From: Octopus vulgaris
Taxonomy: Eukaryota
Direction: 5' to 3'
NCBI GenBank assembly: GCA_951406725.2
Contig: OX597814.1
Location: forward strand, 31,992,001 to 32,056,000
Length of the DNA stretch: 64,000 bases
Part shown: one piece after another, positions 13,702 to 26,981 of the stretch
How the letters are laid out: each line of letters starts with the position of its first letter
How positions within the stretch are numbered: the first letter of the stretch is position 1
Notes under the pieces: generated by a model
Seen by the model: the letters and a program-made list of their open reading frames with translations, nothing else
Database searches by the model: none
What the model was told of the DNA's origin: nothing
Program-made: the position numbers and the translations under genes

Positions 13702-14070
13702 ATCATTCTGAAGATATTTGTCAAATGTAACGAGGTAAATATAAATTTACTCCGATTTGATGAACAGAAACAGCTGCTGCAAATGGTTCCGAACTACAAT
13801 TAAATAGTGGCTTTTTAATACCAATGATCAACTTCTCATTGTTAATTATTGCTCCATTTCTTTTCTTTTCCCTTCTTTTCTATTTACAGAAATATGAATA
13901 TATTCATATGTTGACATTCTCCCTCAATCTATTTATATATATATATAATATCCTTTCAATTCGTTTAAAGTAAACGTTTTGTATATGCATAAAAACACTC
14001 ACATTTTACTATGCCGGTTACGACCTAGTGTTACCAACTGCCAAGAACAGTTTTTGGGGTTGCACCATTA

Positions 14071-14097
14071 AACCCGTCGTATATGTATGTGTGTGTG

Positions 14098-14153
<56 letters not shown>

Positions 14154-14370
14154 CTTATGCGTGTGTGTCTTTGTGTCCAACCATCGCTTGTTTGGGCGGT
14201 TACGTCCGTGTAACCAAGCGGTTCGGAAAAGAGAATGATAGAATAAGTACTAGCCTTCCAAAGAATAAATCCTGCGGTCGATTTCTTCGACTAAAAAAAA
14301 AGGACTTTTTAAGTGGGTGCTCCAGCGTGACCGCAGACAGATACCTGAAACAAGTAACAGAGTAAAAGAG
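14071..14370 (+). mobile_element. SINE family A, 3' two-thirds
   Basis: cccgtcgtatatg, microsatellite, gcggttcggaaaagag, gtgctccagc, gaaacaagtaa. Confidence 0.8.
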
Positions 14371-14782
14371 AATATGTAAGTATAGATGTATGTATTTATG
14401 GATGTATGTGTGTGCGCATGCGTGCGTGTTTGTATGTGTGTGGCTGTGTGTGTGTGTCTGTTTGTGTGTGTGTGTGTAGCCACATATATTCATATGTATA
14501 TGTATTTTTAATTGCTGGCATGACAACGCCATTTGATTTTGTATCTATAATACACTAGTAAGTATATTATAGATTCAAAAGTTAATATTGTGTAAAAAGT
14601 GCTACATAATCATTTTAGCGTTATTTCTATAGCACTTGAAAGTGGTTGTCCTTTCATCAGCATGACATGTAACCCATCAACTATGGGTGAAATTATCTCT
14701 TATGATAATAAGCTGATAAAAGGACAATTCTCCTTAAAATATCGCATTGTTCCTTTAAACTTTATACACACACGTGTATAAG

Positions 14783-14814
<32 letters not shown>

Positions 14815-14815
14815 T

Positions 14816-15019
14816 TACGGAGATGTACTTGCATAGCAAGTGATTTGATGGGAAATCGTATGCTGAAACGAAAACAATTGCAGCGTGGAAGGTGTTTGTA
14901 AGCCATTTAAGAAACACACAACAGCCGTTCGATTGACTTCAACATTTAAGTTTAATTTGTCAAAATATTTTCGTCGCTTTAAGACTGCGACCTGTTCACT
15001 GGCAAAAATCCGTGCTGCA

Positions 15020-15022
<3 letters not shown>
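14816..15022 (-). mobile_element. ~205-bp element embedded in (TA)n, carrying the G3-C8 variant hammerhead (14956-15006)
   Basis: Same GTGAACA core, stem II gtcgc/gcgac and AATATT stem III as at 13552, with a different stem II loop. Confidence 0.75.
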
Positions 15023-15062
<40 letters not shown>

Positions 15063-15538
15063 CAGAGAAAGAGATAGAGATAAAGGGCTCAGCCGTGAGC
15101 CGTAAATTTGACGTAGTAACTTATACTACACACTCAATAACTGGTTTTGATGCATATATAGAATGAAGTAGAAATTTGGTTGAAGCATTTTAATCGGCAA
15201 ATAAAATAAAAGCTTGATAACAAATTTGTGTAATGTAGGAAAAATAGAGAAAGGCCAAAATGTTACGTTAACTTTAAAATCCTGTAATACTTCGGGAACG
15301 TTCACTTTATTAAATAGAGGCAAACATCCAAAGTGCAGAGAAATGTGTTATTCCCAGGATGTTCAGACGAAAAAATGAATTTATATTTGTGGTTGGTTCA
15401 AATAAAAAGTATCAGTAACAGCGAATAGTGTGTGGGTCATGCCATGTTAGAGCAGATGATTCAAAGAGTGGTGAGAGAGTCACTGAATAATACCTGAACA
15501 TTACAGAAATGTTAAGCAATTTGTATTTTGGGTTTAAA

Positions 15539-15750
15539 GGTGGCGAACTGACAGAAACATTAGTACGCCGGGCGAAATGCTGAGCGGTATTTCGTCTGCC
15601 ACTACGTTCTGAGTTCAAATTCCGCCGAGGTAGACTTTGCCTTTCATCCTTTCAGTACGCCCTTGGGTTGATATAATCGACTTAATCTGTTTGTCTGTCC
15701 TTGTTTGTCCCCTTTGTGTTTAGCCCCTTGTGGGCAGTAAAGAAATAGGT
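15539..15750 (+). mobile_element. SINE family B
   Basis: ggtggcgaactgacagaaac...gagttcaaattccgccgagg...gactttgcctttcatcctttc (B-box plus a Nin/Deu-like conserved domain). Confidence 0.85.
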
Positions 15751-18630
15751 ATTTTGGGTTTAAAAGCAACATTTTTGTAGTAAGCTCTCAGACGTTGCAA
15801 AATATGTTGTAGTGATACAGTGAATGTGTCCGAGATATAAGCGAGAACGTTGAGAAAAGGTGAGTTGGGAAAGAGTATTTGAAGTGAAGTAGTTAGAAAA
15901 CTCATATTGCTAGAAAAGACAGTGCTGTTCTATTGTTAAGTTCTCATTTATGTTACTTGGCGAGGATATCCTTGATTATCAGTTACTAATATCACCTTTA
16001 TTCGCTAAGATGGATATTGCTCCCTCATATTTTTCAATGTTTGCGCGCGCGTTTTCCTTAATCCTGGTATGTAGTTTTCGGAGAGTGCTACCAATATAAC
16101 TAGCCTCACATTGATCTCATTATACTTTGTACACAACATATTCATGTAGACATGTTTGTACCATGAATAGAAAATAAGTCGGTAACACACACTTGTTATT
16201 GGTCTCGGCGAGTTGTGTTTATTAGCAAGAGCTAAATGTAAGAAAGTCAAATGAGGGCCAGGCGTATAACTAAATCTCACTATGAATGACTTTCCGAACG
16301 ACAGTAGCAGTAGTCACGCTAAGATATTTATCTTTAGGAAGCAAGGGATTGTGATGGCTATTTTATATGTTACAATCTCTCGAATTTGTTGGAACAGATG
16401 AAAGATATGGGTAGCAATTGATTTCCAAAATAATTTTGGAAATGCACGACAAAAATGGTCAGTTGCTATGTTACATTTGTTAGAGTGTGGGCAAACTGAC
16501 ACCTATCTACTCACCAGTATTGCTCAAATGTTCCCTCAAACATTTGTATGTATTTGTGTGTGTATGTATGTGTATGAGTGTTCGAGGTGTGTCTTAGTGT
16601 ATGAATATGTAATAAAGTCAAACGGCAAAGTAAAAAGTAAATCCGTAAGCATTTGAGATATAATTAATCAGTTTGCACTAATGTATTAATGCGGCTCTAT
16701 GGTATTCAAAACCATTTTGATCTCAGATGTGTCACTCCTAGAAATGTATCCGCTTTACAACCCATTACTAAGAAGTAACTGCTCTTTGATCTCCTTATCT
16801 GAAATATCTATTTTCCCCTTATGTCACCTCTTAATTAATCTGGAGTCAGTTCTCTAGTTTTTAACGTTCATTATATGAATTAATACTGGACGATATCTTT
16901 AGATTTCTATATGCTGCTTTTTGTTCAAACTATATCCTATATCCTTGAGAAAGATATCAAATACAACTCTAATACTTTTAGAAAATTATCTCACACTCAC
17001 CGTGTTCATATCCTCTACTTAAAATCTGTTCGACTAATCCGTTAACAGGGGAATTTTTGGAAGCCTATTATATTTTTTCTCTTTACTCTTGGAACACTAC
17101 ATGGCATTAGTTTAGATTGTAGATAATTTGTTATGTATAAATACTCAATATAAAAGGCAATATACATCACACAAGGTAGCTGATTATACAAAATATCTAA
17201 ATTACAATTTAAAATGTGTGGATTCAAATTCTCCCTGCTTATTGTATATTTTATTTTTCTAATATTAATGAAGTATGCTTCAATAATATTCTATGCGTGA
17301 TTCATTCAGTTCCTCTGCTCCTGTAAAAGATCAATGCAACATGAAATATCAAACTCAATATTTAATTTATAACATTGCCATAGAGGAAAATATGATTGTG
17401 TGAAATTTGGGAACCTTAAATATGCCAGTAGCATGTGAGAATTTAATTTGCTAGAACAGAATAATGAAACCGGATCATACACTCAGATTGCTAGTGGCAT
17501 GCCTAGACCTCTCTACTATGCAAAACAGCATAATTACGTTTTAACTCCAATTTATTCATTTTTAAATTCAATTTATTGACTTCAATAAAAAATGGAAAAT
17601 GGCTCAAGAGAAAAAATAAGTCCGAAAAACGCTTTGAGAGAGGTTATTATAATAACTACATCAACAGGTGATGTTAATAGCTAATTTATAAGAGGCTCTA
17701 TGCAAGAAAAAATATTTTTGTTACAACGTCGATCTGTTGGACGCCAAAATCTTGATATTTCTGTGAAAGAATTATTCTTTGCACAAACGGTGCTTATTTT
17801 TAAATGTATTGCAAGAATACACATATAAAGTTTTATCAGGATGTATTTTCCACAAAATGAAATATTAATGTTAAAGAAGACATTTAAGTTGTTTTTCTTT
17901 TAACTCTTTCTCATCACTAAGTGAACGATTTCTAGTAGAAAAAAAACGAACCTAAATTGAATTGGAGATGGAATAATGAATAACTAGACGAAATTGATTC
18001 TATGCATGAGTTTATGAAGGCTCGAAGATTGCTTTTTTTTAACTATTCATAACAGCATTCGATTAATGTTAAACATTTTCTTTGAAGCTGTTGATATTTA
18101 AATAGATAAATTTAGTTAGCGTTATGAGAAACTATATATTTAGATGAGATAAGAGTAAGAAAATGCAAACTATCAGTTGCCATTGAAAACTTTCCTTCGA
18201 AAAGCATCCCAAATTATTTATAGGGTAATTCCCTCGCTGTTTAGAGACAATTACTTCACACTACAAATACTTGAAAAATAAGCAAACAAAACCGGAAACT
18301 TCAAACAAAACAAAATACATTGATTTTTTTACTCGGTTTATTTTTCTTATTATACTTTATTATTTAAACGAATTCTCGTTTCAAATTGAGAATGTTGTTT
18401 TTATTCTTTCTATTGACTTCAATTTTGATATTTTTTATTACTTATACCTTTTGACGACAAAGAAGGATAATTACTTAAACATTTCGTGATAGTATATATT
18501 GAATTAAATGCCAAATTATCTAGTTGTTTCTAATTTGTTTATCCTATATTTATTAAAATTTCATTCCTTATTCTTTTATTCTATTCTTCTTTAGTGATGC
18601 CATTCTTTGTCATGACACATGTGCACTTTG

Positions 18631-18680
<50 letters not shown>

Positions 18681-18707
18681 ATATTTATATATATATATGT
18701 ATGTCTA

Positions 18708-18765
<58 letters not shown>

Positions 18766-18785
18766 TATTCATATATATATGTCTA

Positions 18786-18846
<61 letters not shown>

Positions 18847-19142
18847 GGGAGAGTGAAAGAGTGACAGTACGCATATATCTTAAAGAGACATGTTGGTAAG
18901 TGTGGAACAATGCGAGAAGATACAAAGTAAATTACAAAAAAGAATGTCCTGATGAAGGTACCATAGCTCCGAAATATAGAAATATAAGGTAAAAGTACAA
19001 TTTTGTTTTCGTTTTATCTTTTTGCAGTTTACTTTATAACATCTCGCATTGTTCCGCCCTTACATAACAAATCTCTTAAATTGATATCACACACTGCTTC
19101 ACTAAAACTACAATTTAATTTCTCTTTCTCTGTATATCTCTT

Positions 19143-19179
<37 letters not shown>

Positions 19180-19208
19180 ATGTGTATATGTGTGTATCTA
19201 TGTATATA

Positions 19209-19252
<44 letters not shown>

Positions 19253-19572
19253 ATATATATGTATAAATATAAACAGTTATTTGCAATGTTCTACCGTCAA
19301 AGAAATTTATAGTCATCAACCAAGCGTGGCAAAGGGTGTCAGGTCACCTGCATGGCTAGAAATTGGAGCTAAAATCCACCAATACTGTTACAAAACACAG
19401 CATACATTTTGATTGAGTCCGCAATCGCTCCGAACACCGAACCGAGAATTCTCTAGACTGACCGGCCAGTTTTGACTATTTTCTTAGCCATCGTCAGTAA
19501 GCCTCGTTCTGCTGATTCCGGGCTACCTCGTTCATCAGAATACATGTTTACAGCATAAAAAAATTATGGATA

Positions 19573-20180
19573 AGGTGGCGAGCTGGCAGAAACGTTAACG
19601 CGCCGGGCGAAATGCTTAGCAGTGTTTCGTCTGCCGTTACGTTCTGAGTTCAAATTCTGCCGAGGTCGACTTTGCCTTTCATCCTTTCGGGGTCGACACA
19701 GTACCATTTACGCATTGGGATCGATGTAATCCACTTAATTCCTTTTTCTGTCCTTGTTTGTCCCCCTATTTTTTGCTTCTTGTGTGCAATAAAGAAATAA
19801 GAATCGTTAACACGCCGGGCGAAATGCATAGCCCTATTTCGTCTGCTGTTACGTTCTGAGTTCAAATTCCGCTGAGGTCAACTTTGCCTTTCATTCTTTC
19901 CGGGTCGATTAAATAAGTACCAATTACGCTCTAGGGTCGATATAATCGACTTAATCCGTTTGTCTGTCCTTGTTTGTCCCCTTTGTTTGTAGCCCCTTGT
20001 GGGCAGTAAAGAAATAAGAAACGTTAGCATACACGTTCTGAGTTCCAATTCTGCTGAGGTTGACTTTGCCTTACATCCTTTCGGGGTGGATAAATTAAGT
20101 ACCAGTTGCGTAGTGGAATCGATCTAATCACTTCCCTCCTACCCGAAAATTTCGGTCTTGTGCCTAGAGTAGAAAATTAA
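19573..20180 (+). mobile_element. SINE family B, three partial units in tandem
   Basis: Repeated acgttctgagttcaaattc..tttgcctttcatcctttcggggtcga blocks. Confidence 0.88.
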
Positions 20181-20282
20181 AAAAAATTAAAAATTATGAA
20201 TGATTCAGCAGATCGCTTATATATATACAAAAATTAAAACAGCTATTTACAATGTTAAACCGTAAAGTGAGATTATAGTAGC

Positions 20283-20447
20283 CAACTAAACGTGACTAAG
20301 GATGTCAAGTTCTACACTGCTAGAAGTCAGTGCTAAAATGCTCCAGTACTGTTATAAAGCACATACCATAGAGTTCTGATAGGGGCTGAATTCGCCCCGA
20401 ACACCGACCGATGTAGGTGTCTTAACACCCTTAGTCACGTTCCGTTG
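20283..20447. mobile_element. Small MITE-like element with ~27-bp imperfect terminal inverted repeats; related decayed copy at ~19320-19445
   Basis: caactaaacgtgactaaggatgtcaag / cttaacacccttagtcacgttccgttg. Both copies share tactgtta..cgc.ccgaacaccga. Confidence 0.5.
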
Positions 20448-21219
20448 ACGACTATAACTTTGCCTTCTTATAGCTTGCTGGCAATTTCAAATATTCAATG
20501 ATGTTGAGAGTGAAACCTATATCACAATGACTTTTTTGCATGATACTATTTTGTGCCTTTTTTTTTAAGCATATGGAGGAATAAAAGATCAGTGGACATT
20601 TAATTTCGTTTGAGTATCTGCGACAATGGAATTGCACTATTTCTATAATTCAGTCACTCAGGAAAACAAAGAGCGTTTTGTATAAACAGCAGGTGTGTTT
20701 ATTTTCTGGTCTATTGGTGCACAACTTGCATCCTTCTTTGAGTTATTATTGAGACCCAAGATGTCCATCTAATTCAATTATAGGTTCAAATGATCGAGTA
20801 TTCTTACAAAATAAAATTAGCATGGTCTAATTAAGAAGTTTGACACAGGAGTAATTCGTCCAGTGTTTCTATCTACACGATACTCGCCCCTGTATTCGTT
20901 TCATTTCACGCATTTAGTCGACTCTTCAGTATAGTGGATGCACTCACCAAACGTGTCCAAGGTGAGGTCGAACCCATCTATATTCATATGTGTGTGGATA
21001 TGCATGTGTGTGCATATGCATGTGTGTATGTGCATATGTGTATGTGTGTGTGTGTGTGTGTAAAAGAAAAAGAGCAGATAATACGAAATTACTCTCAAGC
21101 GCTGATATCTATTTCTGCTATAAGTAACCGGACATCCAGGGCTAAATGGCACTATAATATAACACTATTTGAATGAAATGGCTCTTTGATGGGGAAGGTT
21201 TCTATATATATATATATAA

Positions 21220-21250
<31 letters not shown>

Positions 21251-21315
21251 GCTAACGACATCGAAACTGACAGCTAATAATTAGAATGTGGAAACATTAG
21301 ACCCCTCCGCTACCC

Positions 21316-21372
<57 letters not shown>

Positions 21373-21749
21373 AGCATAAACTTTTAAACACTTTCAAACG
21401 TTATTTAACATTAATTCAAGTGCCTTCTTATTTCTTTTCAAATGTCGATTCTTTTTGTGAATATGCTTGTGTTTTGTTCACATACACAAGTACAAAATAA
21501 CAAACAGTTTTTTTCTTTCTCTGAGAGAACTTACTGATTTGAAATGTTCATTTTACTTCAATAACAGTAAACTTTTAATCATTACAAACCAGTACATAAC
21601 TCCTACATTCTTTTTATTATGGACATTGTATTTTTTGACATGGATAAAATAGCAGCTTAGTTATTATTACGTTACAATGAATCTTTACATCAAGTAGAAA
21701 TATTTGTTTCAGAGAAATTATGTATGTGTGCGTGTGTGCTTGTGTGTGT

Positions 21750-21807
<58 letters not shown>

Positions 21808-22217
21808 CCTTGTGTAGAGCAGGTATGCTCTTAATTTAACTGCTCCTTCTCAAACTGTACAATCCTGTCGGAAACCAGGGGTTCAATGAGCGCAAAATCT
21901 ATGTTATATGATTCTATTTAAGTTTTAGTTAAGAAAGTGTCATTCATTAGTTTATTGTATGAAAAAATGCTAACAAGTATTGCTGATTAAAAATATATGC
22001 TTCTTGTGAATTGCCAGAAATTACAATATGGTTGAACTCACTTATTAACGCGGTTTTACGGAAGATTATGCCTGAAGCAATGTTCCAGTATGGAAGAAAT
22101 GTGAATCACATAAATTGAGAATAATTAACGAATTAGCTTTAAGTTCCGGGACAGGGTATGACTTGGTGGATGATGAACGTTTCCACGAGTAAGTAGTACA
22201 TTTGGCTGCAGGTGTAA

Positions 22218-22256
<39 letters not shown>

Positions 22257-22494
22257 GTGTGCATTTTATATATATATACATATACATATATATATATGTA
22301 TATATATATATATTATAAATCTGTGTGTGTATATATGTATATGTATGCATATATATATATGTATATATACTTATATATATGTATGCAAACACACACATAT
22401 ATTTATATACATATATAAAATTAGATACATACATATTCATACGCATGCACATGTATATTTATCCATATGCTTATATATGCATATGCATATATAT

Positions 22495-22552
<58 letters not shown>

Positions 22553-22641
22553 GTGTGTAAATATTCTATGCATATCTCTCCAATACAATTATAGTTGCAG
22601 ATACATATTTGTATGTATGCTTCATTCTATACACGTAAATA

Positions 22642-22713
<72 letters not shown>

Positions 22714-23446
22714 CTTTCATCGATATGGGTAATATTAAATATCGTAAACTAAATATATACGTGTTTGTACGCGTGTGCGTGAGTGCGTATGTGCTTGTGT
22801 AGTGTGTGTGTGTACGTCTTCGCGTTTGTGAAGGAAACATTCTGAGAGACTTAACATAATATTTTGGTCCCTAACTTCAGCTACTGTCCTCATCCCTTTC
22901 TCTATTGAAATATACTATAACAAAATCACAAAATTCCTCCAAAGTGTGTTTACCTTTTAATAGCATTTATTACTCGATAGAGAATATTATTCAGTACGCC
23001 CTCTAACAATCTTCTAATAATTCATGAGGCTACACACATTCAAACGTACACAAACACACATATTTTAGCACACACACACACACGCATAATTTGGCTCGCG
23101 CACACACACACACGCACTCTTACGTCTCTGTATATTAGATATGCTAAGATTATATTTCTCTTCTCATGACATTAAACTATACTGTGACGATGGATTAGAG
23201 ATATCTCATAGCTGTGATGTTCATACCCTTGATATATTTAGGAAAAATTTAATGTCTATCTTTGATAAATAAAAACTTTAAAATGGCTGTCGCTACAAAC
23301 TTATAGAAAGTCAGTTACTTAGATGCTTCCCGAGAGATAATCCTCTACTCTTACATCCCTACAATACATTCGGAGAAAGGCTTGCACATATACATAAACC
23401 CTCTGGTCAACGCCACCTTTGTTTTTAACTATAACATTAAAAAAAA

Positions 23447-23755
23447 ATATTGTTGTATTTAGGGATGGTCATGTTGCCAGTTTAGCCAATAAAAACACAC
23501 GCACTATATATTTGGTGTTAATTTTCTCACACAAATAAGAAAGAAGAAATAACGGACCACTGATGAGGTCACAGAAGTGTAATGAAAGAATTGTGGCCGA
23601 AATACGATTAATGTAAAAAATAAAATAAAGCTGAAGCAAATTAACACAAAAATATATAGTGCGTTTGGTTTTATTGGCTAAACTGGCAACATGACCATCC
23701 CTAAATACAACAATATCTGTTTCAATACACGAATTCATATCAAGAATCTTGCAAG
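23447..23755. mobile_element. Fold-back element (arms 23447-23524 / 23638-23716) with a hammerhead core at 23560-23602 (+)
   Basis: CTGATGA-ggtcaca..tgtggcc-GAAA in the spacer. Homologous in reverse complement to 47721-47880. Confidence 0.75.
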
Positions 23756-23789
23756 ACAAATATATAAATGTAACTTTTTAAAAAAAAAG

Positions 23790-24140
23790 TTTATAGCTAA
23801 TACCAGGATATATCTATCTTGTAAGAAATTATTTGATAAAACAGCTTATACTGTAATAAATGCATGTCTATCGGTGGCTTCATTGAGAAAATAGCTCCTA
23901 CAAGAAAGTGTATGAAGTTTAAGAATAAACCTACTTAAACGGCTCACTCCACATTTCTCTTTGAATACTAAACCAAAGGTATGTAGAAAATTCCTTGCCC
24001 CATAGTGAAGATTCTTGTTTCTTGACCCAAAATGAAGAATACTATTATCCGCAAATCACACCAGGTGTCTACACCAAAATGTAACTATAGAGATCAAGAT
24101 ACTTGCCTACTCGACCAAGCATGCCAGAATATCTCTATCG
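23790..24140 (+). pseudogene. Decayed Penelope-like element ORF fragment (RT thumb to Cys-rich linker)
   Basis: Translated pieces RIYLSCKKLFDKTA, RLTPHFSLNTKPKVCRKFLA, PKMKNTII and CNYRDQDTCLLDQAC match, in order, the PLE pattern RIS.LS.....F..A / WFNPPFS.NVKT..G..FL / SC.PNMK.II / CNCR....CPL...C. Confidence 0.7.
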
Positions 24141-24287
24141 ATAACGGAACTGAAGTTGCAGTACTATACAATAACGAAGCAAATGAAACAATGGTCAATT
24201 TACAGAACATTGGTCAATGTTCTATATATATATATATATAGAACATTGTTCAATGTTCTATATATATATATATATTTTTATATATGA

Positions 24288-24619
24288 ATAAGGATAAATT
24301 CGTTAATTTAATTATCTTCTTATCAAGTGGCCAGCATGGGAATAAAAACCTCCAAAGGTAATAATTATTATTAAAATTATAATTTACGGTATCTAAGAGA
24401 TACCTCCACGCTGGAAATATCACCCAAAACTTGACTCTTGAACCACATTAAATGTTCATACAGCACCAGGAAAAGATGAACTAGCAAAAAATTTGCTAGA
24501 TCATCTTGTCCATTCGTCTTTTCTCCTGGTGCTGTATGAACATTTAATGTGGTTTTAGAGTCAAGATTTGGCTGCTATTTCCAGCGTGGAGGTATCTCTT
24601 AGATACCGTAAATTATAAT
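24288..24619. mobile_element. Fold-back remnant (arms 24376-24480 / 24513-24619) preceded by the conserved PLE-like 3'-tail motif
   Basis: Inverted arms visible, with a nested hairpin at 24473-24507. Adjacent to (TA)n. Confidence 0.75.
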
Positions 24620-25076
24620 ATATTTTATATGCATGTATTTAAATATCTTATATATATCATTATATATTATATTGCTTTATATATTTTTACACATTTTTCT
24701 GTATATTATCTTTCACCCTACATTTTTTGTGAATAAGAAATAATCGTGTGCGTATGGGTATATATGTGTGTGTGTGTGTGCGTTTATGTATATGTGTACG
24801 TTTGTGTGTGTGTATGTGTGTGCGGGTATGTATATGTGTACATGTGTATGGTTGCATATATATGTACGCATATAGACGTATTTGTGGGTGTGCATGTATG
24901 TGTTTCACGCGAGTCTGAGTGAGCATACGTATATAGTCACATGTACATGAGTGTGCGTGCGCGCATGTGAACGCATGTATATGCGCGCATATGCAAATTC
25001 TATGAGCATTTTTACTTTCTCCTTTCGGGTTTTCCCCTTTATTTAACGGTCATTTTCATAGCATTTTTTTTTGTCT

Positions 25077-25139
25077 TAATAACTGACAAGATGCCGGAGC
25101 AGATTTCCGCCCCGACATCCGAAACTCGGAGTTTTATTA
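25077..25139 (+). ncRNA. Hammerhead ribozyme motif with a G8A core mutation (probably inactive)
   Basis: taataa-CTGACAA-gatgccgg..ccgacatc-c-GAA-ACTC g GAGT-T-ttatta. Confidence 0.6.
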
Positions 25140-26144
25140 TGACGACCGAATAATTGTCACATATTATATTACAGATAAATTCCTCTATTTACATAATATC
25201 GAGGTCTCATTCATTCTTTTGTTGTCATACTATTAGTATTAACATATATATATCAGGGGTTTTCGGGGTATAAATAGCCAAAACGGTGTATAACTGGAAA
25301 ATATTCCCAAAATTATTTAATCCCGAAAGGGAAGAAACTCTTACGTTTCGATCAGACAGTGTCTTGACAACGAAAAAATACGATTTGTGTTTACAATAAA
25401 TGTTCTTATTTTCGGTTTTGTTAAGCAATATTTTAATCATTTAGAAATATTTTTAAGTGAATACGATTTCAAAAATCAAGCTGGTGTTTGTACTGTAAGC
25501 ATTTATGTCTTAGCTTTCTTTAAACTAACAATTTTAATGTTTTTTAAAATTATTTTCAAGTGAATATCATTACAAAAAATTGGGGGCGGGCATATTAAAA
25601 AATATTTTAAATTGAAAATGAGTTTTAAATACGGTACATATTTCGTAACCTCGGTGTGGAATAATTTTTTTCCAATAGGTATTTTTCGAGTGCATTCAAC
25701 GTAACTCACAATCAAAGATTTGGCTACTATTTCTGTCACGCCCTGCTACCGCGTAATAACTATTTGCGATAAAGGACTCCAAGTACTTGTTACGTGGTAG
25801 TAGGGTGTGCAAGAAATAACACGCAAATCATTCCTTTTCTGGGGAAGGGAGCCGTTTACGCGTGATTTCGATGTCACATTCGTTGAAAGCATGCGAAATA
25901 ACCTGGTAAAGAAAAAAAAATTACGAAACAATACTCTATTGCTGAGAAACTCAGACTTTCCCAGTGAGCCAGCGGGTCACTGGTAGTCTAATATATATTA
26001 AGTTAGGCGATGTCAGAGGCGAATATATTTATAATAGATTTATTGTTTCTATATGATTTCCATATGATTACAATCGGTTCGTATCCCTATTCATGTAGCT
26101 TTATTAATTATACGTACATTTTTAATCACTATATATGCTGAGTA

Positions 26145-26775
26145 AGGCGGTGAGTTGGCAGAAACGTCAGCACACCGGGCGAAATGCTTAGTGGTATTTC
26201 GCCTGCCGCTACGTAGTGCGTCCAAATTCCGCCGAGGAATTCTACTTTGCCTTTCATCCTTTCGGAGTCGATAAATTAAGTACCAGTTACGCACTGGTTC
26301 GATGTAATCAACTTAATCCGATTGTCTGTCCTTGTTTGTCCTCTCTGTGTTTAGCCCCTTGTGGGTAGTAAAGAAATAGATATTTCGTCTGCCGCTACGT
26401 TCTGAGTTCAAACTCCGCCGAGGTCGACTTTACCTTTCATCCTCTCGGCGTCGATAAATTAAGTACCAATTGCGTACTGGGGTCCATCTAATCGATTGGA
26501 ACCCTCGCCCAAAATTTCGGGTCTTACCTAGAGTAGAAAAGAATGTGCATGCTGAGTATAAAGCAGTGAGCTGACAGAATCGTTAGAATGCCGGTCAAAA
26601 TGATTATCAGCATTTTGTCAGTCTTTATGTTCTGAGTTCAAGTTTCGCCGGGATCGATTTTGCCATTCGATCATGTGTGGTTGATAAAATAAATACCAGT
26701 TGAGTACTGAGGTCTCTGTGATCGCCTTAACCTCGCCTTCGAACTAGCTGGACTTGTGCCAAATTTTCAAATAAT
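26145..26775 (+). mobile_element. Cluster of SINE family B units
   Basis: Family B head at 26145, second unit from ~26380, diverged unit from 26562. Confidence 0.85.
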
Positions 26776-26785
26776 AATTTTGCAT

Positions 26786-26960
26786 TGCGGAGGCATGGCT
26801 ACGTTGTAAGAGGCTTGCTTCCTAACCCTATGGATCCCGGTTCTCTTTTACTGCGTGGCACTTTGAGCAAGTATCTTCTATCATAGCCTTGAGGCAACCA
26901 AAATCTTGTGAGGGGATTTAGTAGACGAAAACTGAAAGAAGCCCGTCGTATATATATATA
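26786..26960 (+). mobile_element. SINE family A 5' half
   Basis: ctgcgtggcactttgagcaagt...actgaaagaagcccgtcgtatata. Confidence 0.75.
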
Positions 26961-26981
26961 CCCAGCCTCCTTTATAGATAA

